Of a stretch of 64,000 nt of DNA, positions 38,121-47,840 are shown piece after piece. Each line of letters starts with the position of its first letter. Within the stretch, counting starts at the first letter, position 1. The notes beneath the pieces are model-generated. The model saw only the letters and a list, made by a program, of their open reading frames with translations, was not told where the DNA came from and searched no databases. The stretch comes from Polyangiaceae bacterium (GTDB taxonomy: Bacteria > Myxococcota_A > Polyangia > Polyangiales > Polyangiaceae), in NCBI GenBank assembly GCA_965222375.1, contig CBDCTZ010000008.1, positions 32,001 through 96,000 on the forward strand. The letters are read 5' to 3'. The translations under genes were made by a program, and so were the position numbers.

Positions 38121-38995
38121 CATCCGGCTTGTTGCCACGTCGGCGAGCCGACCCGTACTTGCTGCTTCTGCCCACGGTGGCGCTGCTGGCGGTGTTTTTC
38201 TTCTATCCGCTGCTCAACGCGGCCTACCTCAGCTTGCACGAGTGGGATCTGTTGACCGCACCGCGCTACGTTGGCTTCGACAACTACCGCGCACTGTCCC
38301 AAGGTGGCGACCTGTGGCACGCCCTGGTGACAACCCTGTCGTTTTCCGTCGTCGTGGTCGTGGGCTCGATGGTCCTGGGCCTGGCCCTCGCCCTCGCTCT
38401 CAACCGAGATAGCGCCTTCGCGGGCTTCGTGCGGGGGGCCGTCTTCTCTGCATATGTGATCAGCTGGGTGAGCGTGGCGCTGCTCTGGCTGTGGGTCTTG
38501 GACGCGGATGCGGGAGTCTTGACTTCCCTGTTGCGAGGAGCCGGCTTGCCAACCAAGAACTGGCTCGGGGATCCCCAGGTGGCGCTGTACTCCCTGGCTG
38601 GGGTCACAATCTGGAAGATCGCGGGCTACTCCATGGTCCTTTTCCTCGCCGGACTCCAGGACATCCCGCGCTCCCTGTATGAAGCCGCCGCACTAGACGG
38701 CGCCGGGCCGGTGCAGCGCTTTTGGAACGTAACCTGGCCGCTGCTTCGGCCCACCACCGCGTTCGTGGCCACGACGAGCTTGATCGTCAGTTTTCAGGTC
38801 TTCGATGTCGTGCGCGTCATGACCCAGGGCGGCCCAGTGAAGAGCACGACGGTTTTCGTCTACGCAATCTACGAACAGGTGTTCCTGAACTTGCGAGTCG
38901 GACGCGCCAGCGCACTCGTAGTCGTCTTCTTCGGGCTGCTCATGGTGCTGACAGCGCTGCAGCTCTGGGCGTGGCGCAAGAAGGGGGCAACGTGA
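38117..38995 (+). CDS. Carbohydrate ABC permease (UgpA-like)
   Basis: YVGFDNY, LAGLQDIP..LYEAAALDGA EAA loop, MTQGGP. Confidence 0.92.
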   Translation: MTSGLLPRRRADPYLLLLPTVALLAVFFFYPLLNAAYLSLHEWDLLTAPRYVGFDNYRALSQGGDLWHALVTTLSFSVVVVVGSMVLGLALALALNRDSAFAGFVRGAVFSAYVISWVSVALLWLWVLDADAGVLTSLLRGAGLPTKNWLGDPQVALYSLAGVTIWKIAGYSMVLFLAGLQDIPRSLYEAAALDGAGPVQRFWNVTWPLLRPTTAFVATTSLIVSFQVFDVVRVMTQGGPVKSTTVFVYAIYEQVFLNLRVGRASALVVVFFGLLMVLTALQLWAWRKKGAT

Positions 38996-39813
38996 GGCGC
39001 CCCGCCCTCCCCTCAATCGCGGTGAACGCCGCATTGGTCCTGGTCGCCCTGCTCTGGGTGTTGCCCTACGCTTGGATGGTTTCCACCAGCCTGAAGACGC
39101 TACCGGAAATCGTGAAAGCGCCCACGGCGCCCCTACCTGCTGGACTGAATTTCAGCGCCTACCAGGGCGTGCTCGAGGCCATGCCCCTGGCTCGCTACTT
39201 CTGGAATACCACGGTCATGGCTATGGGGATCGCCATCGTTCAGATCGCCGTTGCCATGCCCGCCGGCTACGCCCTGGCCAAGTTGAAGTACACCGGTCGC
39301 GGCGTGGCCTTCGGTTTAGTGATCGCCACCCTGCTGATCCCCGCACAAGTACGCTTCGTACCGGTGTTCACCATGCTTGCGGATGTCTCCCTGGTGAACA
39401 CGATGACGGCGCTGATTCTCCCATTTGGCGTCAGCGCCTTTGGAACGTTTTTGATCCGCCAAGCCTTGCTCGCCGTGCCCGACAACATCATCGAGGCAGC
39501 GCGCCTCGATGGCGCCAGTGAGCTTCGCATCGTTTATGGCTTGCTGGCGCCGATGCTGAAGCCCACTTTGGTCGCGTTCTTCCTGTTTTCATTCGTGTAT
39601 CACTGGAACGACTATTTCTGGCCTCTGGTGATGACCACCGACGACGCAGTGCGCACGCTGCCGCTGGGCATTGCGCTGTTGCGCGAACAGGGCACCGGGG
39701 TTCGCTGGCACGTCGTGATGGCTGGCAACGTGGCGCTGAGCGCGCCGGCGTTGCTGGTTTTCGCCTTTGCGCAAAAGCACTTGTTGCGAGCGGTTTCTGC
39801 AAAAGCGTTCTGA
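38992..39813 (+). CDS. Carbohydrate ABC permease (UgpE-like)
   Basis: TSLK, EAARLDGA, WNDYFWPL, TLPLG. Confidence 0.92.
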   Translation: MRRPALPSIAVNAALVLVALLWVLPYAWMVSTSLKTLPEIVKAPTAPLPAGLNFSAYQGVLEAMPLARYFWNTTVMAMGIAIVQIAVAMPAGYALAKLKYTGRGVAFGLVIATLLIPAQVRFVPVFTMLADVSLVNTMTALILPFGVSAFGTFLIRQALLAVPDNIIEAARLDGASELRIVYGLLAPMLKPTLVAFFLFSFVYHWNDYFWPLVMTTDDAVRTLPLGIALLREQGTGVRWHVVMAGNVALSAPALLVFAFAQKHLLRAVSAKAF

Positions 39814-39911
39814 GTCGCGGTTCGCGCTCAAATGAGTTGACGAAACGAGGGTTTGGAACCATCTCTTGGTCCGCGGCCTCGAGGCCCGGAACCCACGCAG
39901 GAGAAGCAACA

Positions 39912-40337
39912 GTGAGCAATGACCCGAGCGAGACTTCCATGAAGCGCATGCGCAAGTTCGTGGAGAAGTACTGCGAAAAGTCCGGAACGACCGTGCACCC
40001 CGACAAGGAGGTCACCGAGTCCGTGATTCTCGGCTTGGCCAAGAATCAGGACGACTTGGGGCGCCCGCTGTGCCCTTGCCGCTTTTATCCGGACAAACAG
40101 GCCGAGGTGAAACACCGAACCTGGATCTGCGCTTGTGACGACATGCAGGTTTACAAGTATTGCCACTGCTTGCTGTTCGTGAACGAAGAAGGCATGCCCA
40201 TCACCGAGTACTTGCCCGAAGAACACGAAGGGCGAGCGGCCTACGGGCTGGTGAAGGACCCCACGCCGGACAAGGGGCGTCCGCGGCGCGACAAGGCCGA
40301 AGAGCGCGAGCAAGAGCGCAAAGATCGCCCGTCCTGA
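39912..40337 (+). CDS. Ferredoxin:thioredoxin reductase catalytic subunit-like protein
   Basis: GLAKN...G.PLCPCR...CAC...CHCLLF motif set. Confidence 0.85.
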   Translation: MSNDPSETSMKRMRKFVEKYCEKSGTTVHPDKEVTESVILGLAKNQDDLGRPLCPCRFYPDKQAEVKHRTWICACDDMQVYKYCHCLLFVNEEGMPITEYLPEEHEGRAAYGLVKDPTPDKGRPRRDKAEEREQERKDRPS

Positions 40338-40340
40338 ACC

Positions 40341-42635
40341 TCAGCGCGCGAAACCGCAGCGCTGGGCGAATCGCAAGAAGCCCTTCCGCCGCGCCCGGGA
40401 GACATCCGCCCGCGCCAGATATGCGGCTGCGAGCTCTTTGCCCCGCCTAGTTTCCCCGGCGTAGCAGGCTAGGTTGGCGCGGGTTCTGAGTGCCTCGGCG
40501 TGTACGGACGGAAGCGGGATGGGACGCGAAAGTGCTTCGTCCAAGCGCGCGCGGGCTTCTTCATAGCGCCCGTGGTTGGCGAAGTTCTTTCCCAACAGGT
40601 AGTCGGCGGTGCCGTCCTCGGGGTGTTGCTCGGACCAACGTCCGAGCCAGGACGTCGCCTCGGCGTAGTCGGTGCCTGCCTGGGGATCCCCCACCAGGAG
40701 CGCAACGACAGCGCGAGTTCCCGTCGGATTCGGGCTGTAGGCCTTGACATCCAGGCTGCGGCGGTGGTCCGCGCTAGTGACCTTCGCCAGAAGCTGCTGA
40801 TAGCTGGTTCGTGCCGCAGCTACGCTTCCTTCGGCCAGGGCGATATCACCCAGGGCCTCCACCGCAGCGAGTTGCTGCATGACATGCAGCGCGCCGTCGC
40901 CGCTAATCGCCGACAGGCGCCGGCGTGCTTCTTCCGGCTCTCCACTTTTGAGAGCGCAGCTCGCAAGCCCATGCTTGGCACCGAGATGCCGGGGATCCAA
41001 ATCGAGCACTCGCTCGAAGTTCTCACGGGCGCCCTGGACGTCACCACCTCGCAGCTTGCCGAAGGCCTTGCCTGCCAAGGAGTCCACTTCGTGGGGACAA
41101 CGGCGCCCGAATACGCTGGGCCGGTCGAAGCGCGCCGCAGCCGCAAGCTGCGCTTGCTCGTCGAGGGACACCTTCGACAACGAGGCGTGCCAATCCTGCT
41201 CCAGCTGACGGAGATCTTTGCCGGTGACCGCAACGAGACGCTCGCCCCGGTACCAACGCCGAAGCCCCTTGGCACCGTAGGTTCGCCGGAACCAGCTGAC
41301 GAAAGCGCCCGCTACCGTGTACGCCTTGCTGCTGTTTTCACCCAGGAAGCTCAAACGAAAAACGCGCGAAAGAGACGGTAGCAGCCCCAGATCCTGCATC
41401 GCTTTCGCCCACTCAGTCAGGGTGAGGTCGTCGTCTTCGTCTGGAACGGCCGCAGTGGCGATCCCTTCGATCCGCCCAGGATCCGGCAACCATCCACCTA
41501 GAGGCCCGGCCACCCGAAACGGCCCTGCGCCGAAACTCCCGCTGATGACGTGAGCCAGCTCGTGGCCCAGCACCGGGTGTGGGAAGCGTCGAAACTGGAC
41601 GTACACTTCGCCGCGCCAAGGCTTGGCGATGTAGGTGCGGGCAGCGCCCATCAGGCGACCCTTCTGGTGTTCATTGGCGAAGAGCAGAACGCGGACTCTG
41701 TCCGGGCCCCGAGCCTCGAAGTAGGTCTCGATCTGCTCGACGTGGGCGGAGCACTCCCGGGCCGTCGCCTGGGCATCTCGAACGGCAATGCTGGGGTCGT
41801 AATGTACGACGCAGCGACTGCTCTGAGCGGTTCGTTCCAGAACGTCGCGCACTGTCTCAGTCGTGCTGAAGTGACCCAGCCCTGGGCCCGCGGCGATGAG
41901 TGACAGCGAGCCCAGAGCTGCCAGACCGCCCAGCGCGACCAGACCGGGCTTTCTACGCCAACGGAAATGCAATCCGACGCTGGATCGGTGCAGGTGGTGC
42001 GCTGCGACGAAAGCAGCACAGAGGGTCAGAAAGGAGCCGGCCCGGTATGTGATCAGCCCCGCCACTGGATCGAAGACCGTGTCGTACAGCGGACCCGCGA
42101 AGTATCCGAAGAAGGGGTCGTAGGCGAACACCATGGGTGACGTGTAGAAACGCCACAAGCTCACCAATACGCCGCCCAAAGGCCCGGCAAGCGCCAGAGC
42201 GACGGGCAGCCCAATCTTGAATCTCGGCTGGCCTTGCGCGAGCAAACCGGCGAGAGCACCCCAGGCGCCGCCCATCACCGCACCGGGCATCGGTGCCAGC
42301 AAGAACAGAACGCTGCCGCCGGTCAGATCGCAAAACCCGACTCGAAGCCCGTGGAGTAGCGTCACCGCAAAAGCAACGAGGGCAAGCGCGCAGCCGAGGC
42401 TGACGCCTCGAGACAGCGCCACGAAGGGCTGCCAACCAGCGTAACGAACGGAAATGGCCGTAGCGATCGCCGCGAGGGACGGCAGCACAACGCCTGCAGC
42501 TAGGGCGGCCTCGTACCCAGGGCCGCCAAAAAGGGGAAGGAAACCCAACCCTCCGAGAACGATCACTGCAAAGCCGACAGCAACGCGCGCTGCACGGCTA
42601 CGCTGGAGCGGCGACGGTCCCGCTGCGGGCATCAA
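40341..42635 (-). CDS. Multi-TM protein with gluzincin-type Zn-peptidase domain and TPRs
   Basis: About seven N-terminal TMs, HELAH plus downstream EGIA third ligand, C-terminal TPRs. Confidence 0.75.
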   Translation of the reverse strand: MMPAAGPSPLQRSRAARVAVGFAVIVLGGLGFLPLFGGPGYEAALAAGVVLPSLAAIATAISVRYAGWQPFVALSRGVSLGCALALVAFAVTLLHGLRVGFCDLTGGSVLFLLAPMPGAVMGGAWGALAGLLAQGQPRFKIGLPVALALAGPLGGVLVSLWRFYTSPMVFAYDPFFGYFAGPLYDTVFDPVAGLITYRAGSFLTLCAAFVAAHHLHRSSVGLHFRWRRKPGLVALGGLAALGSLSLIAAGPGLGHFSTTETVRDVLERTAQSSRCVVHYDPSIAVRDAQATARECSAHVEQIETYFEARGPDRVRVLLFANEHQKGRLMGAARTYIAKPWRGEVYVQFRRFPHPVLGHELAHVISGSFGAGPFRVAGPLGGWLPDPGRIEGIATAAVPDEDDDLTLTEWAKAMQDLGLLPSLSRVFRLSFLGENSSKAYTVAGAFVSWFRRTYGAKGLRRWYRGERLVAVTGKDLRQLEQDWHASLSKVSLDEQAQLAAAARFDRPSVFGRRCPHEVDSLAGKAFGKLRGGDVQGARENFERVLDLDPRHLGAKHGLASCALKSGEPEEARRRLSAISGDGALHVMQQLAAVEALGDIALAEGSVAAARTSYQQLLAKVTSADHRRSLDVKAYSPNPTGTRAVVALLVGDPQAGTDYAEATSWLGRWSEQHPEDGTADYLLGKNFANHGRYEEARARLDEALSRPIPLPSVHAEALRTRANLACYAGETRRGKELAAAYLARADVSRARRKGFLRFAQRCGFAR

Positions 42636-45034
42636 GCACGGGCTTCGCCGCTCGACGGCGGCACGGAGCGGTTCCGGGTACCCGGATCAGGCTCTTCGAG
42701 CACGAGCGGCAAGACTTCTTCGATCCGACTGACCAGGTGGATCTGAACCTCTCCCAGAGTCTCTTCAGGGAGTTCGTCCAAATCCCGCTCGTTGCGCTTC
42801 GGCATGACGACCGCGCGGATCCCTGCACGGTGGGCCGCCAGCAGCTTGTCCTTGATCCCGCTGACGGGGAGGATGCTACCCCGCAACGTGATCTCCCCGG
42901 TGATGGCGATGTCGGGTCGGACAGGTGCGCCCAGGAGTAGAGACGCAACGGCGGCGAACATGGGCAGGCCGGCGCCCGCCGCGTCCCGAGCTGAGCCCCC
43001 TCTGGGTACATGCAGATGCAAATCGATTTTCTTGAGCCACTCCGGGTCCAGGTGCAGCCGCGCCGCGCGGGAGCGGACGTAGGAGACTGCCGTCGCTGCG
43101 GACTCCTTCATCACATTGCGCATGCTGCCTGTCACGTGAACATTGCCTTTGCCGGGCATCCGCGTGGCCTCGACGACTAGCAGATCGCCGCCGGCGCCCG
43201 TTACGCTGAGTCCCGTCGCAGCCCCGGGTGCGAACTTGCGGTCCGCAATTTCCGGACGATGGGTGTGTACGCCCAACACGCGTTCCACGTGCTCGCGATC
43301 AACCCGTTCTCCCTGCACCTCTTCGCCATCGGCGATGCGGACCGTGGCCTCGCGGCAGACGGACGCGATTTCTCGCTCCACGCCGCGCACCCCGGCTTCG
43401 TGAGTGTAGTAGTCGATGATGGTCTCGATCCCGAGGTCCGTGAATTTGAGTCGGCTCTCGTCCAGAGCGTGCTCCTTGAGTTGCTTGGGCACGAGGAACA
43501 GCTGGGCGATGTTGCGCTTTTCCATGCGCGTGTAGCCCGGCACTTCGATCATTTCCATGCGATCCTTGAGAGCCTCCGGGATCTGATACTTGTAGTTTGC
43601 CGTAGCCAGGAAGGTGATCTGCGACAGATCGAAAGGCACACCGAGGTAGTGGTCGACAAAGGAGTCGTTCTGGGCCGGATCCAGCACTTCCAGAAGCGCC
43701 GCCGCAGGGTCGCCCCGCATGTCCACCCCGAGTTTGTCGACCTCATCCAGCACCAACACTGGGTTCTTGGTGCCGGCCTTCTTCAGTGCCTGAATGATCC
43801 GCCCAGGCAGAGCGCCAACGTAGGTGCGGCGGTGACCGCGGATCTCCGCTTCATCCCGCACGCCGCCGAGGGCGATTCGGCCGTAGCGACGCCCCATGGC
43901 CCGCGCAATGCTCCGCCCCAGGCTGGTCTTGCCAACCCCGGGGGGCCCGGCGAAGAGCAGAATCGGCCCGCGCTTGTCCTTGCGCAGCTGGCGAATCGCG
44001 GCGTACTCCACGATGCGACGCTTGACCCGGTCGAGACCAAAGTGGTCTTCCTCCAAGCAGCGCTTGACGACTTTGATGTCGAAGCGATCCGGCGTCGTGC
44101 GGTTCCAAGGCAAGTCTGCCAGCCACTCCACGTAATTGCGGGTGGTTTGGAACTCTGCCGAGGATGACTGCATGCCAGATAGGCGGCCTAGTTGTTTGCG
44201 AGCAGCCTCGGCAGCCTCCGGGGGCAGCTCCGCCCGGGCGATCCGCTCTCGCAGGTCCTCAATCTCGTCGTCATCGCCTCCCTCCCCGAGTTCCTCGCGG
44301 ATGCCTCGCATTTGCTGGCGCAACACGAAGTCTCGCTGAGAGCGGCTCATCTCGTCCTTGACCAGCGCGGTGATCTCGTCCTTGACCCTCAGAACCTCCA
44401 ATTGGCGGTCGACCAGGCCGAGCACGGCACGCAGCCGTTCCACCGGGTCCAGCGCCTCCAGGATCGATTGGCGCACCGCAATGCTCGCCTGCTCTTCGGG
44501 GAAGTTGGACGCTATCAAGTCCGCTAGGGCGCCGGGCTCCCGCACGTTGTCGAGGATCCCCGTCGTCTCCCGCGGTAGGTTCGGCATCAGCTCCAGGGCT
44601 CGCCGAGTGCGATCCCGCAAGCGTTGGCCCAGCTCCTCGAGCAATTTGGGATCACCCACCGGCTCGGCCAGGCGAGTGATCTCGGCCTGCATGTAGGGCT
44701 CTAGGCCCAGGCTCTTTTCCACTCGGAAGCGGCTGAGCCCGTTGAGCACCACGCTGTAGTTCGCCGGGCCGAGGCGAATCACCTTGACCGGCTTGGCCAG
44801 AGTGCCCACTGCATACACGTCGTCAAAGGTGGGCTCGACCGTGTCGGCGTCCTTTTGCGCCACCACACCGACAAGCGCGTCATCGCGCCCCAGTAGTTCC
44901 TCCACCAGGCGAACGCTGCGCGGGCGGCCCACGTTGATGGGCACCACGGACATCGGGAAGAGCACAGAGTTGCGCAACGGCAAAATCGCCACTTTTTCCG
45001 CGGCGGGGGCGGCCGATTCGGAGCGCTTCTGCAT
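42632..45034 (-). CDS. lon: Lon (LonA-type) AAA+ protein lacking the catalytic Ser
   Basis: ILPLRNSVLFP N-domain, DHFGL, GPPGVGKTS, LDEVDK, GEITLRG; the PKDGPSAG motif reads ARDAAGAG. Confidence 0.95.
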   Translation of the reverse strand: MQKRSESAAPAAEKVAILPLRNSVLFPMSVVPINVGRPRSVRLVEELLGRDDALVGVVAQKDADTVEPTFDDVYAVGTLAKPVKVIRLGPANYSVVLNGLSRFRVEKSLGLEPYMQAEITRLAEPVGDPKLLEELGQRLRDRTRRALELMPNLPRETTGILDNVREPGALADLIASNFPEEQASIAVRQSILEALDPVERLRAVLGLVDRQLEVLRVKDEITALVKDEMSRSQRDFVLRQQMRGIREELGEGGDDDEIEDLRERIARAELPPEAAEAARKQLGRLSGMQSSSAEFQTTRNYVEWLADLPWNRTTPDRFDIKVVKRCLEEDHFGLDRVKRRIVEYAAIRQLRKDKRGPILLFAGPPGVGKTSLGRSIARAMGRRYGRIALGGVRDEAEIRGHRRTYVGALPGRIIQALKKAGTKNPVLVLDEVDKLGVDMRGDPAAALLEVLDPAQNDSFVDHYLGVPFDLSQITFLATANYKYQIPEALKDRMEMIEVPGYTRMEKRNIAQLFLVPKQLKEHALDESRLKFTDLGIETIIDYYTHEAGVRGVEREIASVCREATVRIADGEEVQGERVDREHVERVLGVHTHRPEIADRKFAPGAATGLSVTGAGGDLLVVEATRMPGKGNVHVTGSMRNVMKESAATAVSYVRSRAARLHLDPEWLKKIDLHLHVPRGGSARDAAGAGLPMFAAVASLLLGAPVRPDIAITGEITLRGSILPVSGIKDKLLAAHRAGIRAVVMPKRNERDLDELPEETLGEVQIHLVSRIEEVLPLVLEEPDPGTRNRSVPPSSGEARA

Positions 45035-45128
45035 GCCGACACATTAGTACGGCTTTCCCCTAGGTGAAAGTAGGCCCGTCCGGCCCGGCAGGTTCGCAGC
45101 ACGCCCTGGCCTGTGGTAATTCCGGGCC

Positions 45129-45812
45129 GTGCGTGGGATTTCTCCATATTGCCGAGGGGCGCTTCTGGCGGCCCTGCTGCTTGGCGCCACGGCCTGTTCT
45201 CGGCCCGAACCCGCTCGCGGCCCCAAGGACACCCTCGACGCTTACGCAAAGGCGGTCAGCGAAGGTCGCATCGATGCGGCCTACGACATGCTCAGCGACG
45301 AAGCCAAAAAGAGTATTCCACGCGAAGCCTTCGGTCGCATGATTCGCGAAAACCCTGAAGAGGTGCGGGAGATCGCCCAATCCCTCTTGCGCCCGGCCGG
45401 GCCACCCCTCGTCACCGCTACGGTGACCGCGCCCGGGGGCCAGTCCCTGCTCATGGTCTACGAGAAGGGCAGCTGGCGCATCGACGGCTCCGCCATCGAC
45501 TTGTACAGCCAGGCCAGTCCCGAGATCGCAATACGCTCGTTCATTCGCGCCTATGACAATCGCCGCTATGACGTTCTGATGCGCTTTGTTCCGGAGCCGA
45601 AGCGGGAAGGTTTGGACAACAAGAAATTGAAGAAAGCCTGGGAAGGCGAACAGAAGGCCGAGATGGATCGCCTGACTCAAGCTCTGAGTGCAGCGCTGCC
45701 CACAGCACGCTTCGAGCGTACCGGCGACCGGGCCACGATGGCCTACGGTGCCGGCGGCACCGTGGAGCTGATTCGGGAGCAAGGTGCTTGGAAGATCGAG
45801 GAACTGAAGTGA
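45129..45812 (+). CDS. Hypothetical lipoprotein with two NTF2-like/lumazine-binding-like repeats
   Basis: Lipobox GATAC; two halves each ending E.G.W(R/K)I. Confidence 0.7.
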   Translation: MRGISPYCRGALLAALLLGATACSRPEPARGPKDTLDAYAKAVSEGRIDAAYDMLSDEAKKSIPREAFGRMIRENPEEVREIAQSLLRPAGPPLVTATVTAPGGQSLLMVYEKGSWRIDGSAIDLYSQASPEIAIRSFIRAYDNRRYDVLMRFVPEPKREGLDNKKLKKAWEGEQKAEMDRLTQALSAALPTARFERTGDRATMAYGAGGTVELIREQGAWKIEELK

Positions 45813-46408
45813 ACCCCAAGGGCCGACGCAGCAGCGTCGAACGCCAAACTCGCGAAACCAAGATCAGCGCCAGCATCCATCTCGATGGTACTGGCAAGTC
45901 GTCGATCGACACTCCCCTGCCCTTCTTGTCTCACATGCTAGAGCAGATAGCCCGGCATGGGGCTTTCGATCTCGAGGTTCGCGCGCAGGGCGATACGGAG
46001 ATCGACGGTCACCACACGACTGAAGACGTGGGAATCGTTCTGGGTAGCGCATTTCGGGAAGCTCTCGGAGATGCTGCTGGCATTCGTCGGTACGGCAGTT
46101 TCACCCTGCCCATGGACGAGACTCTGACCACCGCAGCCTTGGACCTTTCCGGGCGTGCCTTCTTTGTTTGGCGTGTGCCCTTGCCGAAGGCAAAGGTAGG
46201 AGAATTCGACACCGAACTGGCCCCAGTCTTCTTCGAGGCGTTCGCGCGCAGCGCGGGCGTGAACCTGCACCTGCGGCTGCACGAAGGAGACAACCTGCAT
46301 CACATCATCGAGAGCTGCTTCAAGGCATTCGCGCGGGCACTGCGGGCTGCCGTGGAAGTCGATTCGAGAGCTTCGGGTGTGCCCTCCACCAAGGGGGTTC
46401 TGGTTTGA
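45809..46408 (+). CDS. hisB: Imidazoleglycerol-phosphate dehydratase
   Basis: RQTRETKI, FLSHML, DGHHTTED, PMDE, GDNLHHIIESCFKA, PSTKG. Confidence 0.97.
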   Translation: MNPKGRRSSVERQTRETKISASIHLDGTGKSSIDTPLPFLSHMLEQIARHGAFDLEVRAQGDTEIDGHHTTEDVGIVLGSAFREALGDAAGIRRYGSFTLPMDETLTTAALDLSGRAFFVWRVPLPKAKVGEFDTELAPVFFEAFARSAGVNLHLRLHEGDNLHHIIESCFKAFARALRAAVEVDSRASGVPSTKGVLV

Positions 46409-46443
46409 TCCCCACCCGGTCCGAGCCTTGAGCCAAGGCGACG

Positions 46444-47082
46444 ATGACACGGACCGTGGCACTGCTCGATCTGGGCGTAGGCAATCTTCATTCCGTGGAG
46501 CGTGCGCTGGCGTTCGCCGCCCGGAGTTGCGGCTCGAGCATCGAAATTCGGCGCGGACTTGCCCCGGATGAGCTGGCAGCCGCAGACGCCATCGTTGCGC
46601 CCGGTCAAGGCGGCTTCTCCGTGGGCGCCGCGGCCCTCGCGGGCGGGCTTGGCGAGGTGCTCGTGCAGGAACTGCGCCAAGGAACGCCGTACTTTGGGAT
46701 TTGTCTAGGGCTACAGCTGCTCTTTGAAACCAGCGAAGAAGCGCCAGGGGCCAAGGGGCTTGGCTGGTTTCGAGGTAGTGTGAAGGCGCTGGATCCAACG
46801 GGCGTGAAGATCCCCCACATGGGCTGGAATCAGGTCGAAGCAGTAGGCGCCCCGCACCGCTACTTGCAGGCCCTGGGTGGCGATGGGTCCTGGGCATACT
46901 TCATCCACTCCTTTCACGCCCAGGCAAAGGAGGATGTCGTGGTCGCAACCTGCAGCCATGGCAATAATCTGGTTACGGCGGCAGTGCACCGCGACAATGT
47001 CTTCGCCACTCAGTTCCACCCCGAAAAGAGCCAGGCTGGCGGTCTGAGGATGCTGACCGCGTTCTTGGAGGACTGCCCATGA
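46444..47082 (+). CDS. hisH: Imidazole glycerol phosphate synthase glutaminase subunit
   Basis: GNLHSV, PGQG, GICLGLQLLF, IPHMGWN, YFIHSF, QFHPEKS. Confidence 0.96.
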   Translation: MTRTVALLDLGVGNLHSVERALAFAARSCGSSIEIRRGLAPDELAAADAIVAPGQGGFSVGAAALAGGLGEVLVQELRQGTPYFGICLGLQLLFETSEEAPGAKGLGWFRGSVKALDPTGVKIPHMGWNQVEAVGAPHRYLQALGGDGSWAYFIHSFHAQAKEDVVVATCSHGNNLVTAAVHRDNVFATQFHPEKSQAGGLRMLTAFLEDCP

Positions 47083-47807
47083 AGATCATCCCGGCCATTG
47101 ACTTGATTGCCGGCCGAGTGGTGCGGCTGAAGAAGGGCCGTTTCGACGAGGTCACTCACTACCCGCAGGATCCCGCCGACCTCGCACGCCAGTTTCGCAA
47201 ACATGTCGATCGTTTGCACGTCGTGGATCTGGATGGTGCCCGGGCGGGCACACCCGCTCAAACATCACTGCTTAGGAGCATTGCAGGAGCCTTTGGACCG
47301 GGGATGCAGATCGGCGGGGGCCTACGCAGTGAAGCTGCCGTAGGAGCTGCGCTGGAAATAGCCCAACGTGCCGTGGTGGGCACTGCGGCAATCCGCCAGC
47401 CGGAGATGGTGCGAGCCCTCAGTGAGCGCTATCCGGGTCGTATCATCGTGGCCGTGGATGCCCAAGACGGCCAGGTCAAGGTCGCCGGTTGGGAAGAGGA
47501 CGGTGAAAAGAGCGTGGAAGAGTTGGTTACCTCCCTGGCTGCCTGGCCCATCGCCGGCATCTTGTACACAGACATCGCTCGCGACGGCACCGAGGTCGGC
47601 CCCAACGTCGAACGCACGAGCCAGCTCGCGCAGCGCTGTGAATTCGAGGTCACGGCCAGCGGGGGCGTGGGCAGCCTGGACCACCTGCGCGGGCTGGCCC
47701 AGGCACCTGGCCCGATCGGCTCGGCGATCGTGGGTCGGGCCCTGCACGAAGGCAGATTCCAGCTGGCGGATGCCGTCGCGGCGGCACAAGTCCTCGCTGT
47801 GGGCTGA
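47079..47807 (+). CDS. hisA: ProFAR isomerase
   Basis: IIPAIDL, LHVVDLDGA, QIGGGLR, TDIARDGT..GPN, ASGGV. Confidence 0.96.
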   Translation: MKIIPAIDLIAGRVVRLKKGRFDEVTHYPQDPADLARQFRKHVDRLHVVDLDGARAGTPAQTSLLRSIAGAFGPGMQIGGGLRSEAAVGAALEIAQRAVVGTAAIRQPEMVRALSERYPGRIIVAVDAQDGQVKVAGWEEDGEKSVEELVTSLAAWPIAGILYTDIARDGTEVGPNVERTSQLAQRCEFEVTASGGVGSLDHLRGLAQAPGPIGSAIVGRALHEGRFQLADAVAAAQVLAVG

Positions 47808-47840
47808 TCAGCCCGGAAATCTGTTCTACGCTGGGCGCAA

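Noticed and set aside
45809..47807. Incomplete his operon (no hisF here) as a novelty
   Set aside because: Split his clusters are common and the remaining genes can lie outside the window
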